From Saccharolobus islandicus REY15A (GTDB lineage Archaea; Thermoproteota; Thermoprotei_A; Sulfolobales; Sulfolobaceae), in NCBI RefSeq assembly GCF_000189555.1, contig NC_017276.1: a DNA stretch of 64,000 nucleotides. One strand, 5' to 3'. The notes under the pieces are model-generated. The model saw only the letters and a program-made list of their open reading frames with translations, was not told the origin of the DNA and made no database searches. Each line of letters starts with the position of its first letter. Positions within the stretch are counted from its first letter, which is position 1. A program made the translations under genes and the position numbers. Positions 21,324 to 32,653 of the stretch are shown here, one piece after another.

Positions 21324-23309
21324 ATGGTTAAATGCACTGACAAGGATAGGATAGTGGCTGGAGTTCCACTGGGAGGAATTGGCACTGGAAAACTGGAAAT
21401 CGACAACAAGGTGAGAATAGTCAACGTTACGATAAGGAATAATTGGGGCAATCCCATTAAGCTTTTAAGAGGATTCCACGTATTCATAAAACCTAAAGAC
21501 AAGAGGGGATTCCTCTTCCAAAAGGACGGTGGAATATATAAGGTAAGTGAGTTTCCAGGCGAAATTATTTATGAGGGAAAATATCCAGTTGTCAAAGTAA
21601 TGGGAAAGAGTAATGAAGTTGAAGTGGAATTGGAAGCGTTTTCGCCAATAATCCCTAATGACTTGAAGAACTCATCCTTACCTGCAATAGGAATTAGTTT
21701 AAAAGTTAAGGGTATTAAGGAGGGAAAGGTAGCAATATCCTTCCCAAATATTGTTGGTAGTGTGAGTATTGGGAGGGTAAATGAAAGTATAAGGAATGGC
21801 GTTATTCATAAGAACTTAAAGGCAAACGATTACGATCCGGCAAAGGGAAATACTACGTTAATATCAAACAACGTGAGTGATATTATAACGCAATACAACC
21901 TTAAGAGGAAACCAAGCGAAACGATGAACTTTTGGCTATCACAATACGAAAACGAGGAGCCTTGGGTTAAATTGAATAGGGGAGAGGAAATTGAGGACAA
22001 TCCTCACGAGGTAACTGGTCATAGGGATGATCCGGCAAGTATTATAATATCAGAAGGGGAGGAAATGAGATATGTGTTTGCATGGTATTTCAATGGTAAA
22101 CACGTCTTTTACCCCTATGGGCATTACTATGAGAACTTCTTTAAGGATTCCTCAGAAATTGCGAAATATTTTTTGGACAACTTTGATCACTTGAGAAAGG
22201 ATATATTTCACAATATTGTAAATGTGAAGGAGGAGTGGTTAAGGGATGCAATAATAAATAGTTCATACATTCTATCCTCCAATACTTGGTTAGATGAGAA
22301 GGGTAGATTTGCAATTTATGAAGCCCCGCAGAATTGCCCATATTTAGGTACAATTGGTACCTGTTATGAGTTTGGCTCCCTACCAGTGATTTTAATGTTC
22401 CCAGAGTTGGAGAAGTCGTTTTTGAAACTATTGATTAGTTACGTAAGGAATGATGGTTATGTTCCCCACGATTTGGGTTTTCACTCCTTGGATTCTCCCA
22501 TTGATGGTACTACTTCTCCACCAAAGTGGAAGGACATGAATCCGAGCTTAGTATTATTGGTTTATAGGTACTTTAAGTTCACTAACGATATCGACTTCTT
22601 GAAAGAGGTTTACCCAACTATAGTTAAGGTTATGGATTGGGAGTTAAGACAGTGTAGAGACGGCCTGCCCTTCATGGAAGGAGAAATGGATAACGCATTT
22701 GACGCTACCATAATTAAGGGCCATGATAGTTACACCTCTTCACTTTTCATAGCTTCTTTAATTGCAATGAGAGAAATTGCAAAGTTAGTTGGCGACAGCA
22801 ATTATGTTGGTTTTATTAATGAAAAGTTAAGTGTTGCCAGAGAAGCTTTTAGGAAAATGTTCAACGGTAAGTATTTCAAGGCATGGGACGGTGTTGATAA
22901 GGCTTCATTTCTTGCCCAACTATACGGTGAGTGGTTTACTACTTTATTGGAATTGGAAAATATTGCCGATGAAAATATGATAAAGAGTGCTTTAGAAAGT
23001 ATTATAAGACTTAATGGTAATGCCTCCCCCTATTGTGTTCCCAACCTAGTTGATGAAAACGGTAAGATTGTTAACTTGAGTGTTCAAACTTACTCCTCTT
23101 GGCCTAGACTAGTATTTGCCATTTGCTGGTTAGCTTATAAGAAGGGTGTCGGTGATCTAAGCTTTTGCAAGAAGGAATGGGATAACTTGGTGAGAAACGG
23201 TATGGTATGGGATCAGCCGTCCAGGATAAATTGTTATACTGGGAAGCCTGAAATTAACTATCTAGACCATTATGTAGGCAGTCCTAGTCTTTGGAGCTTC
23301 CTATTTTAG
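21324..23309 (+). CDS. GH116 beta-glucosidase/xylosidase (SSO1353-like)
   Basis: GVPLGGIGTG N-terminus, FAIYE, VPHDLG, WKD, DNAFDA motifs. Confidence 0.88.
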   Translation: MVKCTDKDRIVAGVPLGGIGTGKLEIDNKVRIVNVTIRNNWGNPIKLLRGFHVFIKPKDKRGFLFQKDGGIYKVSEFPGEIIYEGKYPVVKVMGKSNEVEVELEAFSPIIPNDLKNSSLPAIGISLKVKGIKEGKVAISFPNIVGSVSIGRVNESIRNGVIHKNLKANDYDPAKGNTTLISNNVSDIITQYNLKRKPSETMNFWLSQYENEEPWVKLNRGEEIEDNPHEVTGHRDDPASIIISEGEEMRYVFAWYFNGKHVFYPYGHYYENFFKDSSEIAKYFLDNFDHLRKDIFHNIVNVKEEWLRDAIINSSYILSSNTWLDEKGRFAIYEAPQNCPYLGTIGTCYEFGSLPVILMFPELEKSFLKLLISYVRNDGYVPHDLGFHSLDSPIDGTTSPPKWKDMNPSLVLLVYRYFKFTNDIDFLKEVYPTIVKVMDWELRQCRDGLPFMEGEMDNAFDATIIKGHDSYTSSLFIASLIAMREIAKLVGDSNYVGFINEKLSVAREAFRKMFNGKYFKAWDGVDKASFLAQLYGEWFTTLLELENIADENMIKSALESIIRLNGNASPYCVPNLVDENGKIVNLSVQTYSSWPRLVFAICWLAYKKGVGDLSFCKKEWDNLVRNGMVWDQPSRINCYTGKPEINYLDHYVGSPSLWSFLF

Positions 23310-23321
23310 AAAGTATTTTAC

Positions 23322-24587
23322 GTGAACAACCCCGCCTTACCGGTAGACCCAAAATCATATTAGAAAAAATATTTCTGGTAGGATAATATCGAATTTATAA
23401 AAGATAAAGAAATTTATAAGAGTATAAAGAATTCAATTGAAGAAAGGGTTTAAGGTGAGGGAGATGGCGTATTACCATGTGAATAACCAAGATGGTAACA
23501 CCAATTCTCCCTCACCAAAATAACATTCAACAAATAGGATATAAATTACTTTCCATGCTAAACTTCCAAGGGAAAGAAAGGAGAAGAGGTAGCGAAAACT
23601 CTCATCCCCGCGTGTTTGTGGAACGACTCTGTAGAGAACAAGTCCAGAGCGTATGACGTATCCCCACAGACCGTGAGGAATTACGTAGAGAAACAAGGGA
23701 TGGAAGTGACTGAAAAGCTATTGGAAAGAGCTAGGAAAATATCCTTGGAGATATTAAAGGGAGTGAATGAGATAGATCTTTCAATAGACTGGACAACCAA
23801 GACGTGGTACGGGAAACCAGTGAAAGGGCTCGGGAGCTCTGAAAAAGGAAACTCGTGGAACTACGCAACTGCAACAACCAAGTATAAGGGGAAAGTGCTT
23901 TTACTTGCCGCAAGTGAACGGTATGACTAAAGACGAGATAGTGAAGGTTCTTGTGGAGCAAGTAATGGGATTCAAGATAAGGTTGATAACTCTTGACGCT
24001 GGTTTCTATACTGTTGACGTGCTCAACTTCATTTCACAGTTTAAGTACATAATTGCTGTTCCGGTTGGGGACGTGAAGGTGTACGAGGAGTTTGACGGGG
24101 ATTACACAACTAATAGTAAGAGGCATAGGAGGGATGAGCAGGTCAAGTTCAGGCTTCTCGTGTACAGCAAGGAAAAAGTGGGGAGAAAGAAGAAGAGTCT
24201 TGTTTATTTTGCTAGGGCTACTAACCTCAAGATACCAAAGAGGGAAGTGTTGGATTTGTACAATAAGGTAAGAGGTCCCATAGAGACCTCTTATAGGAAC
24301 ATTAAGGCTTTTCTTCCATTTACTAGTTCTACTAAGTTTGTTTTCCGCACGTTGATCTTCGTGCTGGCCCTTGTACTCTACTCCTTATATACCATATTCA
24401 AGGGGGAGGTGGGGAGAGAGGAGTTTAGATTATTATTAATTCTTTTATTTCCTGATTTATTCAATCCAGAGAATTTTACATTTAATGTAATTGAAACGCT
24501 TATTTATACTATAGATTTATTTTTAAGGAGGTGATTTTGGGTCTACCGTCACGGAAGGGGACTTTCGCCCCCTTAACCCCCGTAAAG
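23322..24587 (-). mobile_element. Hollow ISC1733-like shell (both ends only) around a nested ISH3 element
   Basis: 23322-23340 matches the IS605 right end at 7338; 24549-24587 matches the left end near 9027-9064, again with TTTAA outside. Confidence 0.8.
23341..24548 (+). mobile_element. ISH3-family IS (ISC1200/ISC1225-like), transposase frameshifted
   Basis: Perfect 17-bp TIR CGGTAGACCCAAAATCA; transposase from ATG 23492 split into three frames; DWT and LDAGF DDE motifs; no TSD. Confidence 0.85.
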
Positions 24588-24659
24588 TTAAACCTTGTAG
24601 TAGTTCTGGGATATCTTCCACATCACTTAACATTTCGTCTACTAAATTCCTAAGTATTT

Positions 24660-24821
24660 CATTAGCGTTAATATCCATAATAAGTATTGAAAGGAAGTGA
24701 AAGGGTTAATGCTAATGCCTCTAAATATTGCCGGTAATGAGATTAGTGCTATTCTACCATTTATTGAAGCCATTAACACTCCAATTGTCGTATTGCTTAA
24801 GGCAATCCATTTATACTACAT
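24660..24821 (-). pseudogene. 5' fragment of a DHA2/EmrB-type MFS gene
   Basis: Reads [40 protein letters not shown]; stop at codon 2, then truncated. Confidence 0.55.
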
Positions 24822-25045
24822 AATTAAAAATGAATATTTAACTATTTAATTTTTTTTATTTCTCATTGTATAGGAGATTAATTTTTAAACTCTTAACCTT
24901 TCATATAGAACGAAATGCCATCTAGTAAGATAGTTAATAGATTTAGGGAAAAAATAGTTGAGTTAATAATCTCATTATGCTGTTAGTGTTTATATGATAT
25001 AATTTGATAAAAATATCAGTTTTCGTTATAAATATAGTAAGTTAC

Positions 25046-25850
25046 CTATTCTTTGGATAGCAAGATCTTCAACACCGTTTTACCTATCTTATCCCCAGTA
25101 TATTTTCCCTCTAAGTTATTCATCTCAACCCAAGTTCTCAAATCATTATCCCCACTTGTTTAATGCTTGCCTTATTTGGTTCTCATAATCCTTAACGTTA
25201 ACCATCTCCTCTTCTATAAAAGTAGCTAACCATAAGTCCAGAAGCCTTTCCAGATCCTTTAAGGGATCTTGACTATCATCAACTCTTAAGTCTACATACT
25301 TCCCTACAATCAAGGGATCAATCTCCTTCTCGCTTTTATCAACAGTTTTAACAACAATGATTGCAGCACTCTGCTTTCCCCTCCTATCTCCACCCTTACT
25401 TTCCCCAGCCTTTAGCGCTCTAAGAATTTTCTCGTAAATTTTGCCCTTACTTTCTGCCTCCTTTGCCATCGCCTCTAGAACCTCTTCTCCGGCCAATATA
25501 TTGCCTTGTACAGTGAAGTTATTTCCAACAATATGTCCAGCATATGAATAGCATTCTTTTCCCGTAAATGCTGCCGCACTTCCCTTAGTGTCGACAATAC
25601 CGACTTGCCTCTTTTCCCTTAAAGGGTCAGACTCAGTTAGAACTCTTATGGTATCTGATGCACTATAACCCTTTTCTAGTAATGATAAACCATCTACACC
25701 ATAAGTTAAATTGGCTAAGGCTTGAGTAGCTATTGCACCAACATTCGGTCTCAACCAAGGTACGAAAGCTCCTACAGCTAAGAATTTGCTTGCTACTCCC
25801 ACTCCCCAAGCCTTTTCCTCTGGGTCGTAAATGACTATAGAGAAGGTCAT
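25046..25850 (-). CDS. DUF1028 Ntn-hydrolase-like protein; C-terminal ~33 aa out of frame
   Basis: TFSIV..GVGVASKF..GAIATQA signature; ORF stops at 25146, another frame continues NDLRTWVEMNNLEGKYTGDKIGKTVLKILLSKE to 25046. Confidence 0.8.
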
Positions 25851-25974
25851 AATGTATACTTAACTTATACATATTTAAACAATTATCTTATGGTTGCTTT
25901 GTTGATTCGTTCAATTTATTTCATTAAAACGATATCGTATAACGGAAATCTTTCAGTAATTAATATTTATTTCA

Positions 25975-26905
25975 ACGTTATTCTCAAGCTCACACCCTAA
26001 TACCCGGAGTCCTACCGACTACAGAATTAGCCAAGTGGATCATCCACGCGTAAGCCCAGAACTTGGCCTCAACCACTTGTCCTAAAAAACTTGTAGCCCT
26101 AACAGATTCCCCAAAAGTTAACAGCAGAGAATAAGGACTCAATTCTCCACCTAACACCATAACCCTCCAACGATTATAACCCAATTTCTTGAACTCCCTT
26201 ACAGCCTTCCTCCTAGCAGGATGACCGTGTTTAGTAGAAGCGTTCTTCCTAGGTGGGACACAACCTCAACCCCAGTCTTGTAAACCTCGTTGGCATCATA
26301 AGCCTTATCCCCATAAAACCTTCTTTCCCTTATCTTGTAAATCCTTAACCGTCTTAACTGCAGTCTCAACCTCGTTGCTAGTTACTTCAGCGTTTACCAC
26401 GTTGAACTCGTCCTTATCCATTATTATCTCGATCTTGAGGAATTTTGAGTCCTTGGTTTTACCCCATTTTGCTATTGTCCTCCCTTGTTTGTGCTTATTC
26501 CCGTTGCGTCTGCTTCTAGTTGGTCATTTGCCTCTGGGAAGGTTATGTCCATGTTTCTTACTCTTTCCCATATTGTTGAGTAGTCTAGGCTTGTTGGGAT
26601 GATTTTCAGTCTTTCTAATGCTCTCGATACTCCTTCTATGGCCCTATAAGGTAGGAAGATGTGGAGGAATGCTAGGAATTCGTTGAACTCCTTTGGTGCT
26701 TTATACTTTGTCCTAGCGTACCTATTCTCCTCTGCTAGTTGACTAGTGTTCGAAGACGTAGAAGGGGAACATTAGGGTATATCTCGTTATGACGTTCTCG
26801 TCGTATTTGCTCCAATCCCTCTTGTACTTACTCTTTCCCATGGGTAATACTTAACGGAATAATCTATAAACTTTTTGTACAATTCTGAAGCAACCCACAA
26901 AGCAG
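25975..26905 (-). mobile_element. Degraded IS5-family element (ISC1058-like); boundaries approximate
   Basis: Minus strand from ATG ~26842 reads MGKSKYKRDWSKYDENVITRYTLMFPFYVFEH*, followed by multiple stops and shifts; D-motif GDKAYD further on. Confidence 0.7.
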
Positions 26906-27718
26906 CATAAAGCTTATATATGTTTTCCCAATCAACTGGGAAAACAATTTTTCTCCTTAAACTGGGGAGTTAATTCAATGAGAGGTTTTTAAATAAATTT
27001 ATAACATTATGAGTAAGAAACTCTTCTCATCATTTCTTTTATCTTTATAAGTATTATGATAACTATTTCTGCAATACTTACGCACACGTATATTTCAATT
27101 ACACAGATTTGCCTAACTATAGAAATAATTAACTCAATTCAGATACATTATCACATTTCAGTTTATTATAACGAATGCATAACGTATTTGTGCTGCATTA
27201 TATCACTCCTTGCCTGCATTTATTGTATATTATTAGCTAATAATGCAAAGTTGAATGAGATTAAGAAATTAGGGGCGATTCAAGTTTACATTGCGAATTC
27301 ACTATATTTCAAAAACTATGACGAATTTAATTGGATGAAAACGGTTTATAAATGAAATATATGCTTAATCGTTTTACACTTTTATATTTATATCATTCGC
27401 AAATTACAATTCGCAATGGAGCCGTGAATCGCCCGAAATTAGAAGAAAGAGTTTTTGTAAACTAAACTGGGTAGTTTTTACAATTTTTCTAACGCATAAA
27501 CAAAACATAGGATCCCATATATGTGCTTATACTGCTTACTTAACAATTTTCCAAAATTCTATGAGAAGAAGCTCGATTAACACATTGTTTTAATAACCTC
27601 TGTGAGAAGTTTATACATATGAAGACTGGTAAAGACGGAGAATATTATTATGCGGAGTTAAGCAAAGAGGAAGTAATTAAGCTTAAGGAGATTGTGGAAA
27701 AGAAAACTAAGGAAAAGA

Positions 27719-28051
27719 CTAACGTCTGTAAACCTTCTTATGGGACCCGACCTCCCAAATGAAAACTATACAATTTTTTGAATCCACGCTATAAAGTATT
27801 CTTATATCTCCAGTTACTTCAATGGAAAACATAGGATTACCGTGTATATTCTTTCCTAACTTCTCCCTAGAATATTTGAAGGGATTATCTAGTAATAATA
27901 GCACCTTATCTAAGATAAGCATAACTAACTTATCACTTGCAAAATTATCTAGAAGATAATCCGCTAATTCATCAAGATTATTTATCCTCTTACTTAACAT
28001 TATCCTTAACTTCCATTCTCTGCAGACCACGATAAAAGATATAGAAAACAT
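27719..28051 (-). CDS. RelE/ParE-like toxin (true start probably internal)
   Basis: LLDNPF..EKL, FSIEVTGDIRILYSVD..VFIWEVGSHKKVY RelE-type pattern. Confidence 0.7.
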   Translation of the reverse strand: MFSISFIVVCREWKLRIMLSKRINNLDELADYLLDNFASDKLVMLILDKVLLLLDNPFKYSREKLGKNIHGNPMFSIEVTGDIRILYSVDSKNCIVFIWEVGSHKKVYRR

Positions 28052-28096
28052 ATTTAAAAACTTTTTCGTTTCTATCTTTATATTATAATTATCTCT

Positions 28097-28651
28097 TCAG
28101 AAATCATAGTTGTAATAGTGATAGTTATGTAAATAAAGTGCTGCTAACAGCATTATAACTCCTAAGAGGATTGCTAAACCGTTTGCTAAGGGGTTATCAT
28201 ATCTGAAATGTGCTAGGGCAAATCTTTTCCACCTACCGTATTTTTTAACGTAAATTCCCCTTTCCGTAAATACGTCCAAGAGCAAGTGAGAGGGCCCAAC
28301 AACTACACCATTTAACAATATTAACATCAGTACTTTATTGCTAAGGGAGAAATAGTACTCGTGATAGCTAAACCCATAATAATAAATCAATAAGAGGATA
28401 AAGACTGGGATTATAGAGACAATACCCCAAACTACACTTCTAGGAATTGTATGGGTTAAAGGTGTCCTTACCGGAATATACCCATACCTAGTGGCAATCT
28501 CCTTATGGCCAATCCTATCAATCAAGGAATTACCTATTACCGAAACCATTCCGCTCAAGATTAAAGCGTAATAAAAATATTCATGAAAGAGTACAGAGTC
28601 CAGAAACGTCAATAAACCAGTTGAGAAGATGTAATGGGTTCTTAACTTCAT
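28097..28651 (-). CDS. DUF1286-like membrane-bound metal-dependent hydrolase-type protein
   Basis: KLRTHYIF, DRIGH, RTPLTHT, SHLLLDVFTERG motifs. Confidence 0.7.
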   Translation of the reverse strand: MKLRTHYIFSTGLLTFLDSVLFHEYFYYALILSGMVSVIGNSLIDRIGHKEIATRYGYIPVRTPLTHTIPRSVVWGIVSIIPVFILLLIYYYGFSYHEYYFSLSNKVLMLILLNGVVVGPSHLLLDVFTERGIYVKKYGRWKRFALAHFRYDNPLANGLAILLGVIMLLAALYLHNYHYYNYDF

Positions 28652-28720
28652 TAAAACCTCCTCAAAGCATCTAACAAACTTTTTAACAATTCTATAATTA
28701 TAAAAACTTTTATAAAAAGA

Positions 28721-29575
28721 TTATAATTCCTTTAATACTTCGGCCAAGCTTATTTCTTGATGGGATGTTATGACAATACTATAATTCTCTTGTTTATTTA
28801 TCCCTATCATTACGAATAGGCTCCTATTGTCATAAGTTGCATTTATTGAATAGACTACAACAGTAGCATTCTTAAAAACGACTTTCCCGGCTACAGTAAA
28901 GTTACCTATGGTTATGTTAAAGTACTTTAAAAGTTTGGTCACGCTACTAAAGTTACCGGTACTCTTCAATATTAGTTGGCTATCTGACGAGAATAATTGA
29001 AAACTACCATAAGTTGTATTACCATAGGCTATTACATTAATAGATGGTTGAGATGTAAAGATTTTCTGTGAGGTGTAAAGGTACTTTAGGAGAGAGAAAG
29101 TAGTGCTAAAACTTGCGTTATCCTTGACAATATAAAAGTAATGTCCATCAAATCCAAAAGCACTAGTGTTTTTATAATCATAAAGTAAGGTATTATATTG
29201 GCCGTATACAAAGCCATGTTTCACTAAAGTTTTATTTATTATTGTGAAGGCAAATGATGACAGGGGACTAGAAGCCTTAAAATAGCCTATTATTGCGAAG
29301 GTGTTATTGAACGATATGAAATTTATTGTACCATTACCAATTATTTGAGATGCTAGTGACAATGCTAGTGTTGCATTAGTATTATTAACATAGTATGAGA
29401 TGAAATTGGTTATGGGTGAAATATTATACGTATGTATTTCATCTAATGTGGAATAGTGGAATGTATCGGTTGTAGAACCACTCTCTTGAGTAGTTGGATG
29501 TGTGCTGGCCAAGACGACGATAAACGCAGATATCAAAACAATAATTGTTAAAATAATGGGTTTTTTTGCATTCAT
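28721..29575 (-). CDS. Secreted or membrane-anchored hypothetical protein
   Basis: Signal-like N-terminus; rich in N-x-S/T sequons. Confidence 0.65.
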   Translation of the reverse strand: MNAKKPIILTIIVLISAFIVVLASTHPTTQESGSTTDTFHYSTLDEIHTYNISPITNFISYYVNNTNATLALSLASQIIGNGTINFISFNNTFAIIGYFKASSPLSSFAFTIINKTLVKHGFVYGQYNTLLYDYKNTSAFGFDGHYFYIVKDNASFSTTFSLLKYLYTSQKIFTSQPSINVIAYGNTTYGSFQLFSSDSQLILKSTGNFSSVTKLLKYFNITIGNFTVAGKVVFKNATVVVYSINATYDNRSLFVMIGINKQENYSIVITSHQEISLAEVLKEL

Positions 29576-29803
29576 ACACTATAATCTTTTGGTTAACAAA
29601 TAAACTTTTTGCAAACCCGTGCTTTGTTGAATACTTCAATTTTCTAAGAGTCAATCTCATCAATTTTTCTTAAATTCGAAATCAAGCGTTGATTTAAAAG
29701 TAAGTTCCACGTTAACTCAGATAAAAATTGAACTAATCCACAAAGCAGCAAACCCGCTATCATACACGCTTTTAAACAGGGATATAAATTATTATACAGT
29801 AAA

Positions 29804-30697
29804 ATGATCGTTGTAAGCAGTATTGTCAAGAAATACGGCAATAAAATAGCATTGGATAACGTCTCATTAGAGGTTAAGAAAGGGGAATTCGTCTCACTTA
29901 TAGGCCCTAACGGTGCGGGAAAAACTACACTTATCCGAATCCTACTAACTCTAATGAAGCCAGATAAGGGGGAAGTGCAAATACTAGGAGAAAATCCTTT
30001 TAGAAACAAGAGAATCTTTAAGGCGATTGGCTACGTCCAAGAGATCCCCAATTACCCACCATTTCTTACTGGAAGGCAAGTGTTAGAACTTTCAGCTAAG
30101 ATAAGAGGAGTGGATAAAAGTGAGGTGAAGAGGGTTTTAGAATTTGTTGAAATGGAGAACTACGCTAACAATCCCATAATTAAATACAGTAAGGGAATGG
30201 TTCAGAGAATAGCAATAGCCGAATCCTTACTTGGGAATCCATCCATTCTAATAATGGATGAGCCGAACATGGGAATTGACCCTATTTTTTCTTTGAAGAC
30301 AAGAGAGTTACTAAATAAGTTGAAGAGAAAAGATAACGTATCGATTTTGATGACATCCCACGAATTAGAGGATGTAAAGAAGTTATCTGATAGAATATTC
30401 ATGATATATAAGGGGAAGATAGTTTTTAGCGGTACCGTTGAGGATATGATTAAGGAGTTTTTAGGTATACAAGTAATAGTTGAAACTGATGAAATTGAAA
30501 ATGCTGAAGAGGCACTAAAGGGGATAGAGTATGTTAAAGGGGTATTCAACGATGGGAATAGGTTAATAGTTAAACTTAACGAGGATAGAAGAGAAGATCT
30601 GTTAAGGGATTTGGTTACAAGTGGTGTTAAGGTAAAGGGTTTCTATATTGACCTAAACTTGGAAGAGGCTTACATGAGGGCGTTGAGGAATGTTTGA
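29804..30697 (+). CDS. ABC transporter ATP-binding protein (exporter type)
   Basis: GPNGAGKT, YSKGM signature, MDEP, SH. Confidence 0.92.
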   Translation: MIVVSSIVKKYGNKIALDNVSLEVKKGEFVSLIGPNGAGKTTLIRILLTLMKPDKGEVQILGENPFRNKRIFKAIGYVQEIPNYPPFLTGRQVLELSAKIRGVDKSEVKRVLEFVEMENYANNPIIKYSKGMVQRIAIAESLLGNPSILIMDEPNMGIDPIFSLKTRELLNKLKRKDNVSILMTSHELEDVKKLSDRIFMIYKGKIVFSGTVEDMIKEFLGIQVIVETDEIENAEEALKGIEYVKGVFNDGNRLIVKLNEDRREDLLRDLVTSGVKVKGFYIDLNLEEAYMRALRNV

Positions 30698-31523
30698 GAT
30701 AATGCTTTATGAATGGAGAAGGGCAATAGCTAGGAAGAAGGTTATAGTACTATCTATAATAACGTTTATATTTGAGCTTGGGACTTATTTAGCAATATAC
30801 TTAGCACCTTCACACTCACTTAAGACCTTAATAATCCCTCTCTCTCCTTATTTATGGGCTCTTGGAGTATTATTACCACAAGTGCTCCTAATACACTTCT
30901 TAGCAATATCAATAGCTTCTGGATCGATGGCAGAGGAGTATGAACAAGGAACAGTGGATTATTTCATATCAAAACCAATAACGAGGTTGAGGTTTATTAT
31001 GGAGAAGTGGCTTGGTTCATTCTCCTTACTTTTAATCATTTACCTATTCATGGTAGTGCTTGCCTTAATCCTTTCATCTCTTCTCTTTGGAGTACAAAGT
31101 GAGTTAATAGTATTACCTGAGCTTTTCTTTTCGATAATATTCTCAACACTAGTTTTCCTCAACATTGCCTTTGCAATAGGTGAAATACTAAGGAGGAGCA
31201 ATCTATCCTTTACAATTAGTGGATTTATCTTAATAGCCTCAATAATAGTATCTGACGTACTTATCTTCGTGTCTGTAATAACGCACAACAGCAACTATGA
31301 AACGATTTCTGAGTACTTACCAACTTGGGGTTCCACGGAGTTACCATTTATGCTATTACAGAACTCTCCATTATCAGCAATAGCTAGAGGACTGAACATT
31401 TTACCTTCCATAAGCAATAATGTGAGTTTAGCAATTGTGTCGATTGTTGTCTACTCCCTTCTTCCCTTAGTTTTATCGATAATAAATTTTCTGGGAAGAG
31501 ACATATCGAAGAAGGTAAGTTAG
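30690..31523 (+). CDS. ABC-2 type permease
   Basis: EEYEQGTVDYFISKPITR..KW motif; six TM segments. Confidence 0.88.
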   Translation: MFEIMLYEWRRAIARKKVIVLSIITFIFELGTYLAIYLAPSHSLKTLIIPLSPYLWALGVLLPQVLLIHFLAISIASGSMAEEYEQGTVDYFISKPITRLRFIMEKWLGSFSLLLIIYLFMVVLALILSSLLFGVQSELIVLPELFFSIIFSTLVFLNIAFAIGEILRRSNLSFTISGFILIASIIVSDVLIFVSVITHNSNYETISEYLPTWGSTELPFMLLQNSPLSAIARGLNILPSISNNVSLAIVSIVVYSLLPLVLSIINFLGRDISKKVS

Positions 31524-31613
31524 TGAGATCATCTGGCAATCCAGTATTGATTAAAACGTACTTGTTATCCTCGGGTTCTTAAAAGAAAAGAGTAGAATGA
31601 TAATCCATACCAC

Positions 31614-32653
31614 TAGTATTTCCGAAAAGTTTATAGCCTAGTATTACCAAATTGAATTATGCAAGATTTAGTTAAAGCTTACGAGGAAGAGAAGGACGCG
31701 AGGATTAAGGAGAGGATTCTTGCGGTGAAGCTGCATGTGGTTGACGGTAAATCGGAGAAAGAAGTTTCGAAAATGCTGAACAAGGGTTATTCCACAATAA
31801 AATTGTGGGTTGGCAAGTACAAGAAAGAAGGTCTTGACGGACTAAGAGATAAACCTAGATCAGGAAGACCAAGAAAAGCTGAGGAAGAAAAAATAAAACA
31901 AATACTAGAAGACTAGCCTCAAAAATACGGAATACAAGAAGAGTACTGGACAATGAGAACACTAAAAATAAAACAACAAGGAATAGAGTACAAGAAATCC
32001 AGGCTATACGAGATAGTTCACGAACTAGGATACAATCTAGTAAAACCTAGGCCTACTAACGTTCAAGCAAGAAAGGACATGTGGGAAGACTTTAAAAAAA
32101 ATAAAGAAGTTGGAAGAAGAGGCTCTCTTCTTTCTAGACGAGAGTAGGGCAGTAATTAGCACGTCGATCCGGAAGGTTTTAAGATTGGTAGTAAGCCCGT
32201 AATGCACGTCAATATAGGTTTTTCTTCGATCTATGTCATTCTTGCTGTAAACGCTTGGACTGGTGAAGTAGTTGTTTCTCTTGTTAGGAGGCCTAATTCT
32301 GAGTCTGTTAAGTACTTCTTGAGGTACTTTAAGAGACGTTTTGGTAGTGGAAGGGTCTACATGGTTATGGATAATTATTCTCCTCATAAGACTAAGGGTA
32401 CGCTTGAGGTTTGTCGTAGGAAGGGCATTCATCCCATATTTACTCCTCCTTATTCGCCCGAGCTTAACATGGCCGAGGCAGTCTTCAAGTCCCTCAAGGA
32501 ATACATGAGCAATAAAATATTTTATACGATAGAAGACGTTAAAAAACTGTATTAAGCAGTTCTTTGAGGAAAATAAGTATAAGTTTAATCTTAATGCAAT
32601 AACATACTTAGAATTAGATAAAACTGAACGCTAAGAACTTCCCGGAAATACTA
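31614..32653 (+). mobile_element. IS630-family element (ISC1048-like), transposase inactivated
   Basis: TIR TAGTATTTCCG..AAGTT at both ends with TA; HTH and DDE parts (LDE, MDN, PPYSPELN); in-frame TAG at 31914; A8 tract at the usual frameshift position. Confidence 0.88.

Noticed and set aside
27056-27355. 99-aa ORF in AT-rich intergenic DNA
   Set aside because: Low-complexity Ile/Tyr/Cys composition, no SD or family motif; probably spurious.
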